Source of the DNA: a virus
IMG/VR virus record: IMGVR_UViG_3300012971_000018
Location: 47,907 to 111,906 of that record
DNA length: 64,000 bases
Direction: 5' to 3' (one strand)
Of this stretch, positions 1 to 9,464 are shown piece by piece. The notes beneath the pieces were generated by a model. It made no database searches and had not been told where the DNA came from. It saw nothing but the letters and a program-made list of their open reading frames with translations. A program made the translations under genes and the position numbers. The stretch's first letter is position 1; the number at the start of each line of letters is the position of its first letter.

Positions 1-1
1 G

Positions 2-499
2 CGCGAGCTTTTCCAAAAGATTAAAGGGGGCCGGAGCGAGAGGAAGGCGTTGGTAAACTGTGCGGGAGCGATCGAGTTCAATTCGATCCCCGACACTACT
101 CTCCAAGACTGGAACCTTATGCTCCAGCATAATCTAACGACGGCGTTCGTTATGACCCGCGAGTTTGCCAAGTTCGGGTTGGGGACGATTGTAAATGTTA
201 GCTCGGTTAACGCGACCCTTTCGAGCGAGCACCGGGTAGGCTATGCGGCGGCGAAGGGCGGCATCGAGGCGTTTACCCGCATTTCGGCAACCCAGCTCGG
301 CCCTAATATCCGGGTTAATTGCGTGGCGCTGGGGCCGATCCAGACCCGACAGGCAAACGGCCTGTCGCGACGGAATGTGCTGGGCCGGATCGGCTTGCCG
401 GTCGAGGCGGCGGACCCGATCGTGTGGCTCTGTGGCGATGGAGCGTCGTACATTACCGGAGCAACGCTGGCAGTGGATGGGGGCTACGGGCTTATTTAG
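2..499 (+). CDS. Short-chain dehydrogenase/reductase (SDR), 5'-truncated
   Basis: VNCAG, IVNVSS, YAAAK (YxxxK), IRVNCV and ITGATLAVDGG motifs; the frame is open back to position 2. Confidence 0.9.
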   Translation, partial: RELFQKIKGGRSERKALVNCAGAIEFNSIPDTTLQDWNLMLQHNLTTAFVMTREFAKFGLGTIVNVSSVNATLSSEHRVGYAAAKGGIEAFTRISATQLGPNIRVNCVALGPIQTRQANGLSRRNVLGRIGLPVEAADPIVWLCGDGASYITGATLAVDGGYGLI

Positions 500-508
500 G
501 AGGGCCGA

Positions 509-865
509 ATGGTGGTGTCTGCTCGGTGGGCAAATCGAGAGGATGCTCAACTAGATGGATACGGTATATTCTGGTGCGATGGGAAATCGCATCGTGCCCA
601 TCGTTGGATTTTTGAGAGGTGTGTTCGTAAGCTTAAGCCTTATGAGCAGGTTCTACATAAATTCGATAACACATGCTGCGTTAATTTAGACTGTTTGTAT
701 GTGGGAACCCACGCGGATAACATGCGGGACCTTCGCGAGCGGGGTAATGCTAAGGGCATTCCAAAGAGTGAGGAATGGAAGCGAAAAGCTCGTGCTGTCC
801 CACAAGAAGTCCGCCGTCGTGCGGCTTTATTGGCTTGGAGACGTCGCCATGCAAAGCGAACTTGA
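509..865 (+). CDS. HNH homing endonuclease (free-standing)
   Basis: GYG..W...HRAHRW...VLHKFDN..CVN..CL..GTHADNMRD pattern; lower GC than neighbours. Confidence 0.75.
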   Translation: MVVSARWANREDAQLDGYGIFWCDGKSHRAHRWIFERCVRKLKPYEQVLHKFDNTCCVNLDCLYVGTHADNMRDLRERGNAKGIPKSEEWKRKARAVPQEVRRRAALLAWRRRHAKRT

Positions 866-2231
866 TTGGATTAACCAGGACACCGCTAAGGAAACGTACA
901 ATTACTACATGCGTACCGACCCGTCTATGCGCGAGATACTCGGCCCTATCGAGGAAGTATACGATGAGCACACAGGTCGGAAAATGCGTAGGCGGTTAGC
1001 AAAAGTGGCGATGATCCGAGGCTCAAAAGACGGTAAGGAAACTATAATCTATCTAGACCCGCTGCCACATGTTAGACTTGACAAGGCCAAGGATTTGCAA
1101 GGTTGGTACAGTGGAAAAACAGACGGTGCTACTCGTGGGCAAAGAGACCGTCCTTGTATGACGGATGCTATCCTTACCCAACCCTATGGGGGCACTTGCG
1201 AGGTCCAATGTGGGTTTTGCTACGTGAATTCTGGGTTTAGAGGATATCGCGGAGCTGGATTGACTACAGTTCCAATGGGATATGGAACGCATGTGCGCGC
1301 GCAGCTTAGTTCTATGAAGGTTGCTACGGCTGGATATTTTACGAGCTTTCACGATCCTTTCAACAGTTTGGAGGAGTACTACCACAACACCCAGCAGGGA
1401 GCCCAGGCATTTGTTGATTATGACCTTCCAATATTCTTCCTATCGCGGCTGTCCTATCCGGAGTGGGCGATAAACCTGCTACGTACTAACCCTTACAGCT
1501 ACGCGCAGAAATCGATCAATACGCCGGACCCCGAGGATTGGAAGAAGCTAAGCCCGGGTGCGCTGCCGCTCGCCGACCACTTCGCGGAGATTGCCAAGCT
1601 GCGCGCGGCCGGCATCTACGTGTCGATCCAGGTTAACCCCGTCGTCCCCGGCATTACGACCCACGAGGAGGTGGAGCAGCTATTCGAGAAGCTCGCCGCG
1701 GCCGGTGCCAACCACGTAATCGTTAAGTTCGTCGAGGCGAGCCACGCCTGGGTCGGCGCGATGGTGGAGCGGATGGCTACCCGGTTCGGCGCCAACCGGG
1801 CGGCGCATTTCCGCGAGCTGTTCGTCGAGAATTCCTGCGGCGGGCAGAAGACCATAGCCGAGGAGTACCGGCGCGAGGGCCATACGCGGTACCGTAAGCG
1901 GGCTACTGAATTGGGGATGACCTATGCGTTGTGCTACGAGTACACGCGCACGCCCGACGGCTGGAAGTCGATGGGACCGGAGTTTCTAACGTCGGAGCAG
2001 TGCCACGGCCACCGGGTGCCGATGCATGTGCGACGAATGGGCAGATTTAGTCCGCTCTCGGTATGTCCTCCATCGGGGTGCCTGTCGTGCGCCGACGAGA
2101 GCGGGAAAGGAAAATGCGGTTCGACCCTGCTCGGAGCGGCGAAGGCACTACGGATATCCGATTTGCGCAAGGATTGGGATGGAGACCCGGAGCATGTTAG
2201 GACCCGCCGAGTTCGGGCGCCAGCTAATTAA
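849..2231 (+). CDS. Radical SAM enzyme in the DNA hypermodification cluster
   Basis: QPYGGTCEVQCGFCY (CxxxCxxC); C-terminal Cys cluster; ATG 849 follows GGAG; directly upstream of the amino acid:DNA transferase. Confidence 0.85.
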   Translation: MQSELDWINQDTAKETYNYYMRTDPSMREILGPIEEVYDEHTGRKMRRRLAKVAMIRGSKDGKETIIYLDPLPHVRLDKAKDLQGWYSGKTDGATRGQRDRPCMTDAILTQPYGGTCEVQCGFCYVNSGFRGYRGAGLTTVPMGYGTHVRAQLSSMKVATAGYFTSFHDPFNSLEEYYHNTQQGAQAFVDYDLPIFFLSRLSYPEWAINLLRTNPYSYAQKSINTPDPEDWKKLSPGALPLADHFAEIAKLRAAGIYVSIQVNPVVPGITTHEEVEQLFEKLAAAGANHVIVKFVEASHAWVGAMVERMATRFGANRAAHFRELFVENSCGGQKTIAEEYRREGHTRYRKRATELGMTYALCYEYTRTPDGWKSMGPEFLTSEQCHGHRVPMHVRRMGRFSPLSVCPPSGCLSCADESGKGKCGSTLLGAAKALRISDLRKDWDGDPEHVRTRRVRAPAN

Positions 2232-2970
2232 GACCGGAGACCTCGATCCGGTCTACATCGCCATTAACGGTGCAAAGCTCCCCCACAAGCAACTGGCCAA
2301 GCTCCTGTTCGCCTATTGGTGTTTCTACCATCTGGGCCTCGCGGCGTGGCTATCCGAGCAGAAACACTATTGGCGATCGATGCGGACCGCGGCGGAGAAC
2401 GTAACCGAGACCCCGTACGGCGGTCCCTGGCCGCGCGGTACGGAGCGTCGCCACTTCCGCGGTTACCTGGCGGTGCGTGCGGTGGACATCCTGTCGAGGA
2501 AGTCCCCCGAGGCGTATGTCGAGGCTCTGTTGAAGATGCGGACCGTGGCGGAGATTATGGGCGCTACCAGCCAATGGCCGCTGTTTGGACCGTGGATCGG
2601 CTACAAGATTGCGGATATGGTCGATCGGTGTCTTGGCTCTCCGGTCGAGTTTACCCCGGACGTCTGCCTGCTCTACAAGGAGCCCCGGGCCGCACTCGAT
2701 CTTATCCCCGGGGCGGTTTCGGCCGAGCAGAAGCTGGTCGATTTGCTGGGCGAGCTGGACGACCAGAAAGCCCCGCCAACGGGCGACCGGGCGCTGGGCT
2801 TCGCCGAGGTCGAGACCGTGCTGTGTAAGTGGAAGTCCTACCGTAGCAAGCATTATTTCATTGGGAAGGACATCTACGAGGTGCGCCACCACTTGGCCCA
2901 TTGGGGTGCGGGCACGATGCTAAAGGCCATGCCGGCGGTGCCGTTCATATTCCGGGGGCGGATGCCATGA
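2179..2970 (+). CDS. Amino acid:DNA transferase (aGPT-Pplase2 family)
   Basis: GDLDPVY, YWCFYH, WPRGTERRHFRG, FGPWIGYKIADM and EVETVLCKWKS..Y..GKDI motifs; start could be 2179 or 2194. Confidence 0.8.
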   Translation: METRSMLGPAEFGRQLIKTGDLDPVYIAINGAKLPHKQLAKLLFAYWCFYHLGLAAWLSEQKHYWRSMRTAAENVTETPYGGPWPRGTERRHFRGYLAVRAVDILSRKSPEAYVEALLKMRTVAEIMGATSQWPLFGPWIGYKIADMVDRCLGSPVEFTPDVCLLYKEPRAALDLIPGAVSAEQKLVDLLGELDDQKAPPTGDRALGFAEVETVLCKWKSYRSKHYFIGKDIYEVRHHLAHWGAGTMLKAMPAVPFIFRGRMP

Positions 2971-3530
2971 TCGTTAATGTGCGCGGCGGGAGCGGAAGTG
3001 GCAAGACCCATGTGGTGCGCGAGCTAATGAATGGCGGCAGGCCGGTCTCGCTCTATGGGGTGCTAGGGATAAAGTATCCCGAAGCCTATCGGGTCTCGCT
3101 CCCAGGCGTAACGCAGCCCCTGCACATTATCGGACCCTACACGACGAACGTCGGGGGATGCGACAGGCTGTCCTACGATAAGATCATTCCTCTGCTGGAG
3201 AAGTACGAGAAGCGGGGCCACGTCCTGTTCGAAGGTCTGCTCGTATCGGACAACTACGGCATTATCGGAGAGTGGCTTACCAAGCGCGGCCACAACGCGC
3301 TTATCGTGTTCCTGGATACTTCGCTGGCAGTATGTCTGGAACGGCTGCGCATCCGTTCGGGCTACGATGCAGACTTGCGGAAGCCGCTAACGACGGTGGC
3401 CATGCGGTACGAGACCATAAAGCGCGCGAAGGCAAAGTTCGAGAAGGAAGCCAAGGTTAGCCTGCTCGAAGTTTCCTCGACAAGCGCGGCGGACCAGATA
3501 CACCAATGGATAATTGACAATGATAGATGA
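2967..3530 (+). CDS. P-loop kinase, probable 5-hmdU DNA kinase component
   Basis: IVNVRGGSGSGKT Walker A, GGCD, VLFEGL; ATGA overlap with the upstream gene; cluster context. Confidence 0.75.
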   Translation: MIVNVRGGSGSGKTHVVRELMNGGRPVSLYGVLGIKYPEAYRVSLPGVTQPLHIIGPYTTNVGGCDRLSYDKIIPLLEKYEKRGHVLFEGLLVSDNYGIIGEWLTKRGHNALIVFLDTSLAVCLERLRIRSGYDADLRKPLTTVAMRYETIKRAKAKFEKEAKVSLLEVSSTSAADQIHQWIIDNDR

Positions 3531-4395
3531 ACAACTGCATTGGTTTACGCACTGGGTATCCGAGCGCGAGAAGGTTCGGATCGCCAAGCTGGGCGGCGCC
3601 CGGCCGCCGTGGACGAACGACCCGATTATCGCCAAGTACCGGTTCTGTAACGTCCGGCGGAAGGACGATCGCGTCTCGCGCTGGTTAATCAAGAATGTCC
3701 TTACCGCGGAAATCTTCCACCGTGTCGGCCCCAAGGCGTTTATGGAGTTTACCGCGTTCTGCCGGTGGAACAATTGGCCGCCGTCGATCGGTGCGGTCTT
3801 AGAGCGCGATCTTTTGCGGCCTAGCATCGATTGGGGTGCCGTCGTGCGGGTCCTGCAAGATCGCAAGCGGCGCGGGGAGAAGGTGTGGACGGGTGCCTAC
3901 GTGGTCTATGCCGATGCCAAGACCGACAAGGCGGAATACGTGGCCAGTGTCGCGCGGGCCGTCGGCGAGATGTGGGACCGGCTACAGACCGATACCCGGA
4001 TTGGATATCGCCAGCGGGTGTGGGAGACGCTAACCGATATCCGTGGCATGGGCTCGTTCATGGCTGGGCAGATCGTCGACGATTGGACGTGGACACCGTT
4101 GCTGTGGCTATCGCGCGATCTCTACGAATGGGCGCCGCAAGGCCCGGGGTCGCTGCGGGGGCTAAACCGGATTATCGGCCACCCGCTTACCCAGAGCATA
4201 ATTATGAACGACTGGATGGCCCATCTTAACGCTTGCCGCAGGCACATAATCGAGACGCTTGGCAAGGACTATCGCAACCTTACGGCGCACGATGTGCAGA
4301 ATTGCCTGTGCGAGTTCGACAAGTACATGCGGGTTAAGAACGGGGAAGGCAAGCCGCGGTCGACGTACCAGCCGGAGACGGGGTATGTGGTATGA
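3520..4395 (+). CDS. aGPT-Pplase1 / 5-hmdU DNA kinase helical-domain protein
   Basis: PWTNDPIIAKYRFCNVRRKDDRVS, GPGSLRGL and DVQNCLCEFDKY motifs. Confidence 0.85.
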   Translation: MIDEQLHWFTHWVSEREKVRIAKLGGARPPWTNDPIIAKYRFCNVRRKDDRVSRWLIKNVLTAEIFHRVGPKAFMEFTAFCRWNNWPPSIGAVLERDLLRPSIDWGAVVRVLQDRKRRGEKVWTGAYVVYADAKTDKAEYVASVARAVGEMWDRLQTDTRIGYRQRVWETLTDIRGMGSFMAGQIVDDWTWTPLLWLSRDLYEWAPQGPGSLRGLNRIIGHPLTQSIIMNDWMAHLNACRRHIIETLGKDYRNLTAHDVQNCLCEFDKYMRVKNGEGKPRSTYQPETGYVV

Positions 4396-4595
4396 GTAAG
4401 AAACCTGTCGGCTACTTCGTCTGGACCCGCCGTAATGGCAGGCTGTCCCCCCGGAAGTATGGCGAGGACTTCCACCGTGCCGGTCGCAAGGATGGCACAG
4501 AATACGACCACGATGCCCCACCGGCTTATCCACTAACCGAAGCCGAGTGGGGTATGTCTTTGGACGAGCTGGCAAGGAGATATCCGCATGGGTAG
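4392..4595 (+). CDS. Small hypothetical protein
   Basis: ATGA-coupled ORF in the operon. Confidence 0.55.
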   Translation: MSKKPVGYFVWTRRNGRLSPRKYGEDFHRAGRKDGTEYDHDAPPAYPLTEAEWGMSLDELARRYPHG

Positions 4596-4982
4596 CCAAG
4601 CAGGACGCAAAGTACAGAGCTGGGTTAGCACCCCGCAGGGCTGTTTTCTTAAGGGGCTCCTGCATGCTCTTGGGAACCGGGGATGGATGGACATGGGGCT
4701 GCGTGGAAGTGCCTATAACGAATACGTCTACAGGCATTACGCTCGCCTCGTGCCTTACCACCAGGATTATTGGGAACGTCCGCGGACCAAAAAGAGCATT
4801 GTGGGTCGCGCTATGACCACGACAAGATCGCACCATGCTTCGAGGGAGAATGCATTCGAAAATGACTATACTGCGCCATACATGGGATTGGTCTTTAATC
4901 TGTTGGAGCGCGACAAGCCCTGGGAACGTGCGGAGCTGGACGCGCGTATCGCGCGTATCGCTGCGATAGCAGCGAGGGCGGC

Positions 4983-5540
4983 ATGACCCCGTTGGAGCGC
5001 GTAATTGCGATCCGGACCGGCGGCGGCACCGAGCGCGCCCACGGCATTCGCCACCATGGCTCCTATTCGGTCGCCAGCCATACATGGGGCGTTCTAACGC
5101 TGGTCTACGTGCTGTGGGGACCCGAGTTCTTTGCCCGGGTCGCCGCCGCGGTAACGTTCCACGACGTTCCCGAGGCTTGGGTCGGCGACATCCCGGCGCC
5201 GACGAAGCGTTACAATATGTCGGTTAAGCTCGCGGTCGACCAGATGGACCAAGCCGTGCTTAAGCGGCTCGATCTGCTTACGCCGTACGTGGGTCTTAGC
5301 TTAGAGGACAAGGCCAGGATTAAGGCCGCGGACATGCTGGAGCTGTATCTGTGGGCGGCGGAGGAAGTCGCGGGGGGCAACAGGCACGCCGCCTGTCTTA
5401 TGCGGGAGCTAATACGCTATTTCGGCGAGCAGAGGATGCCGGACGAGTTCTACCCGATATGGACGGAGCTTGCCACCGGCGGCAGCGTAGAGCACGCGAG
5501 CGACGGCCTTATCTACGAGATAAACAAGAAAGCGGAATAG
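4983..5540 (+). CDS. HD-domain nucleotide hydrolase (YfbR-like)
   Basis: SVASHTW, FHDVPEAWVGDIPAP and IKAADMLE motifs. Confidence 0.85.
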   Translation: MTPLERVIAIRTGGGTERAHGIRHHGSYSVASHTWGVLTLVYVLWGPEFFARVAAAVTFHDVPEAWVGDIPAPTKRYNMSVKLAVDQMDQAVLKRLDLLTPYVGLSLEDKARIKAADMLELYLWAAEEVAGGNRHAACLMRELIRYFGEQRMPDEFYPIWTELATGGSVEHASDGLIYEINKKAE

Positions 5541-7430
5541 ATGATTACACTTATGGTGGGTTCGGTGGACGAGGCGCTCTGTCGGGGCGTCGCGCTCCTG
5601 CGCAAGGTCGGCGTAAAGCAGACGTCCCGGGCCGGCGATGTGTGGGTCGCACCCAGCCCGGTTACGACGATCTTCCACGATCCGGTAAAGCGGGTGCTGT
5701 TTAATGCGCATCGCGATGCCAATCCGTTCTTCCATCTGTTCGAAAGCCTGTGGCTGCTGGCCGGTCGCGACGATGCTACGTGGCTGGACCAGTTTGTCGG
5801 CGACTTCTCTTCGCGCTTCGCCGAGAGCGACGGAGTGCTCCATGGTTCCTACGGCCACCGGTGGCGGGAGGCGCTCGGCCTCGACCAGCTATTTGAGGTC
5901 GTGGAGAAGCTAAAGGCCAACCCCGACGATCGGCAATGCGTCCTCCAGATGTGGGACGCGCGGGACGACTGGCACGCGGATGGAGAGTATTCCGCGCACT
6001 CCGGATGCAACGATTTGCTAGGCAATTGGAAGGATCGGCCGTGTTTGGCGGGGGATACCGTTGTGTGGTCGCCCGAGGGGGACCTTCCTATTGCTGCGTT
6101 GGCGGAAAAGTTTGCGGCTGGTGTAAAACGTTGGCCCGTTTATTCCGTGAACGAGATGTCCAAGAAGTTGGAGATAAGGTGGGCTACAAATTGCTGGAGA
6201 AGCGGACGAAGGCGTACTGTAGTTCTAACTTTTGATGATGGTACGTCAATTCGAGCAACAGCGGACCACGTATTTTACGTATATCCTAAGAGGATTGGTA
6301 GAAATGGGAAGGTAAGCGCCTTGGCGGCAAAACCGTGTCGGGTAGATAAGCTGCGGCCGGGGGATCGGGTATTAGCAACACAGCGGTTTTCCGGCAAGAA
6401 GGGCCACGAGGTAATTAAAAAGTGTTTGGCCGGGAATACGGCCTTTCGCAATATGCAGCAGACGCACAATGCGTATTATCGTCTTGTGTATGGCTCAATT
6501 CCAGAAGATTGTGAGCTTCATCATGTAGACGAAGTTAAGCGTAACAATAAGATCGCCAATTTGGAGCCACTCGATCCAGGAGAACATAGCCGATTGCACA
6601 AAGTTGGGGATCGAAATCCGATGAGAAACATGACGGCTGCGCAGCACCGAGCGCGTGGTCGTAAGCAGTCGGTGTCGCTAAAGGCTGCTTGGGCTAAGCT
6701 TACTCCGATGCAGCGTGTTGCGAGATCGAAGGGTCTCCCCATAACCAACCACAGGATTGTTAGTATCGGTCCGGGACCGATCGAGGATGTATACGATTTT
6801 ACGGTTCCCGGTTTCCACACTGCAATAGTTGGTACTGGTGTGGTAACTCATAATTGCAACACCCATGCCTACCTTCGGGTTCGGGATGGGCTCTTGGACC
6901 TTACGGTGTGCTGCCGGTCGAACGATATTATCTGGGGCGCATACGGTGCCAATGCTGTGCAATTTTCCATGCTGCAAGAGTACCTCGCGGCGCGGATCGG
7001 CGTCGGCGTCGGCATCTATTACCAGATTAGCAACAACTACCACGCTTACGACAATGTTATCGACTGGAGCTTGGGCGAGAAGAACGCGCTAACGGATTGG
7101 GGGTGGTCGTACCGGGACTTCTGTGTCGAGCCGCTTGCGTTGGTTACCAATCCGGAGACGTTCGACCGGGAGCTGTCGTGCTTCTTTAAGCGGCCGGAGA
7201 GTTTTCTTCCGCTCGATCCCGTCCTTGCCCTGCGCACAGGTGGGCGGAACGAGTACGAGAACTTGTTCTTCCCTCGGGTAGCTGTCCCGCTTTACCGCGC
7301 CATTCGGACGTGGAAGGACAAAGCGGTAGAGGACCGGAAGAAATTGGCAATACAGGAGTTGGATAGCGCACCAGCCGAGAACGACTGGAAGCTGGCCGCC
7401 CAGCAGTGGATGCAGAAGAGGATTAAATGA
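5541..7430 (+). CDS. Thymidylate synthase-fold enzyme, probable dUMP hydroxymethylase, intein-containing
   Basis: RDANPFFH, GSYGHR, DQL..V...LK.NPDDRQ; spliced KDRPCNT; RSNDIIWGAYGAN has Asn at the dUMP-specificity position; NNYHAY. Confidence 0.85.
   Translation: MITLMVGSVDEALCRGVALLRKVGVKQTSRAGDVWVAPSPVTTIFHDPVKRVLFNAHRDANPFFHLFESLWLLAGRDDATWLDQFVGDFSSRFAESDGVLHGSYGHRWREALGLDQLFEVVEKLKANPDDRQCVLQMWDARDDWHADGEYSAHSGCNDLLGNWKDRPCLAGDTVVWSPEGDLPIAALAEKFAAGVKRWPVYSVNEMSKKLEIRWATNCWRSGRRRTVVLTFDDGTSIRATADHVFYVYPKRIGRNGKVSALAAKPCRVDKLRPGDRVLATQRFSGKKGHEVIKKCLAGNTAFRNMQQTHNAYYRLVYGSIPEDCELHHVDEVKRNNKIANLEPLDPGEHSRLHKVGDRNPMRNMTAAQHRARGRKQSVSLKAAWAKLTPMQRVARSKGLPITNHRIVSIGPGPIEDVYDFTVPGFHTAIVGTGVVTHNCNTHAYLRVRDGLLDLTVCCRSNDIIWGAYGANAVQFSMLQEYLAARIGVGVGIYYQISNNYHAYDNVIDWSLGEKNALTDWGWSYRDFCVEPLALVTNPETFDRELSCFFKRPESFLPLDPVLALRTGGRNEYENLFFPRVAVPLYRAIRTWKDKAVEDRKKLAIQELDSAPAENDWKLAAQQWMQKRIK
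6042..6854 (+). mobile_element. Intein with in-frame HNH endonuclease in the TS/hydroxymethylase
   Basis: Begins CLAGDT, block B TADH, HHVDEVKRNNKIANL HNH, ends VYDFTV...VTHN followed by Cys. Confidence 0.93.
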
Positions 7431-7861
7431 CAAACTATGTCGCGCAGGTCGGTGGCGACCACTACAAGTCGGCGTACGCGCATTGGGACCTCGCGATCGA
7501 TATTCGTTGGGGCTATCTCGACGGTTCCGCGGCGAAGTACATATCGCGGTGGCGCAAGAAGGGTGGGGTCCAAGACCTGCGCAAGGCGCTAAGCTACATC
7601 GACAAGCTAATTGGGACGTTGGCGACCGAGAAACAGCAGCTTCCGCCGGCTGTTGCAAACACTCTCCAATTGGAACGGTTTTGCGATGCGCATGGCTTCG
7701 TTAAGGGTTCGCTGGAGCGGACTGCAATAATTTATCTGGGGTCGTGGGCGTTTCGCAGCGACCTCGAAGTCGCGCGGGTAGCAGTGGTGGAGCTTATCGC
7801 CGAAAACGAGGTCCCGACGACCGACAGTAACAAGCACGCCAAGCAGGAGGAGCAATGCTAG
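7427..7861 (+). CDS. DUF3310-like protein
   Basis: QVGGDHY, KYISRWRKKGGVQDLRKA..YI motifs. Confidence 0.8.
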   Translation: MTNYVAQVGGDHYKSAYAHWDLAIDIRWGYLDGSAAKYISRWRKKGGVQDLRKALSYIDKLIGTLATEKQQLPPAVANTLQLERFCDAHGFVKGSLERTAIIYLGSWAFRSDLEVARVAVVELIAENEVPTTDSNKHAKQEEQC

Positions 7862-8928
7862 TAAAGCGGGAAGCGTTAAAGGCGTCGCTGGACCGGGTTA
7901 GGCCGGCAATCGCCACCGGGGACAAGGCACACGAGCCGCTAAAGCATGTGTGGTGGGATGCCGGTTATCTCTACGGGTTCAATGGTGGTCTCGGCATCCG
8001 GACGATATGGGAGATGGGACTGCCGCCGGCCGGGGTCCTGGCTACAGTGCGAAACGGTGTGGTCGGGAGCACGGCCGCGGAGGAGCTGGATATCGCGGTC
8101 GAGGGCGACCAGATGACCGTAAAGGTCGGACGGTCGAAGACCAAGCTGGCGACGCTGCCGCCTAGCAGTTTCCCGTGGCCGCCCGAGTACAGCGCCGACA
8201 TTGGCGGTGCGCAGTGCTCGATCGATCTTAACAAGGACGTGGCCATGGCGATCCGGCACGCGGGCGCGATCCGGGCCAAGAACCCGCATCGCGTCGAGCA
8301 CCATGGAGTATCGCTATTCCCGTTCGCAGACTTTATCTCGCTGTACTCGACCGATGCGCAGACCCTCGCCGAGGTTCGGCTAAAGGGAAGGTACTCCAAG
8401 GACCTAACGAAGATGGTGCTGCCCCACGACTTCGTGCGGCAGATTATGACGCTCGACCTGCCGTCCAAGGTCCACTTTATGCCGAGTGCGATTATTGCCG
8501 AGGCGACCGGCGTGCGGGTGTGTGCCAACCTGCTCGACAACAGCGAAGTGTGGGACCTGCCCAAGCTAATGGACGAGTCGATCCCGAGCGAAGACCCAAC
8601 GATAATTCCGAAGGGCTGGGACGAGGCTATCCGGCGGGCGCGGGTGCTTACGAAGGGCGATGACGATCCGTTCCTTACGCTTAGCGTAAGTCCGAAGGCC
8701 AAAGAGCTTATTATCGAAGGCAAGCTCCGGTATGGCTTGTTGGAGGAACGTTTCGCGCTTACCGGCCCCCTAACGGAAGCCAAGGTCGCCGTGGGGCTGG
8801 GCTACCTGGAGACGATCGGGCGCGAGGCCCGGGAGTTCAACATTGTAACCGACACGTCGCTGGTGCTCGTCGGCAAGAATGCCGAGACGTTTGTTATCGG
8901 TTCGCACGAGGCAAAGACCGAGGAGTAG
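7855..8928 (+). CDS. DNA sliding clamp (Pol III beta-like)
   Basis: 357 aa; MLVKREALKASLDRV..AI N-terminus, LYSTD motif; a clamp loader is encoded nearby. Confidence 0.6.
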   Translation: MLVKREALKASLDRVRPAIATGDKAHEPLKHVWWDAGYLYGFNGGLGIRTIWEMGLPPAGVLATVRNGVVGSTAAEELDIAVEGDQMTVKVGRSKTKLATLPPSSFPWPPEYSADIGGAQCSIDLNKDVAMAIRHAGAIRAKNPHRVEHHGVSLFPFADFISLYSTDAQTLAEVRLKGRYSKDLTKMVLPHDFVRQIMTLDLPSKVHFMPSAIIAEATGVRVCANLLDNSEVWDLPKLMDESIPSEDPTIIPKGWDEAIRRARVLTKGDDDPFLTLSVSPKAKELIIEGKLRYGLLEERFALTGPLTEAKVAVGLGYLETIGREAREFNIVTDTSLVLVGKNAETFVIGSHEAKTEE

Positions 8929-9122
8929 GGAAGTGTGGACCATGTGGGTTGCATTAGCCACCGGAATGTTGCTCGGAGTGGTAATCGTTGTCGTCGTCGT
9001 CGCGAGCCTACCAAGGCAGAGTTGAGTAGCTTGGGCGTCGGCGCATAGCGCTGGCGAAATCTGCTCTGGACCGTAGCACCCCAAACACGGTCGTTTGCGG
9101 AACGGAGGACGGATGGAAAGTC

Positions 9123-9229
9123 AGGGGCTCGTAGCAGCCGTTTTCGGCGGAGAGACGCCAAGGCCGTCAAGTTCTCCAAAGCTCCAAACCGAAAGCTGGG
9201 TGTGCCGGTTCGATCCCAGCAGCGCCCCT
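9123..9229 (+). pseudogene. Degenerate tRNA-like sequence (Trp-like)
   Basis: AGGGGC...GCCCCT ends, GGTTCGATCC T-loop and CTCCAAA (twice), but with insertions and mismatched stems. Confidence 0.3.
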
Positions 9230-9464
9230 CTTGCTCCGTTCTGCAATTAAACACCGAGGAGGTCTTTAGATGTTGGTATGGGTCCTGTGGGTTACGCTCG
9301 TTACCGGCGAGCGGGTCGAGGCCGGTATGTACCAGACCGAGGGCTGGTGTTATGCGGGCGCGGCGAGACAGCGCGGCTACTTCCTTAAGCACCAGCCACG
9401 GCCGGTGCGGATGTCCTGCGAGCAGGAAACGGTAACGTGGACGCCTAACAAGGGAAACGGCTAG

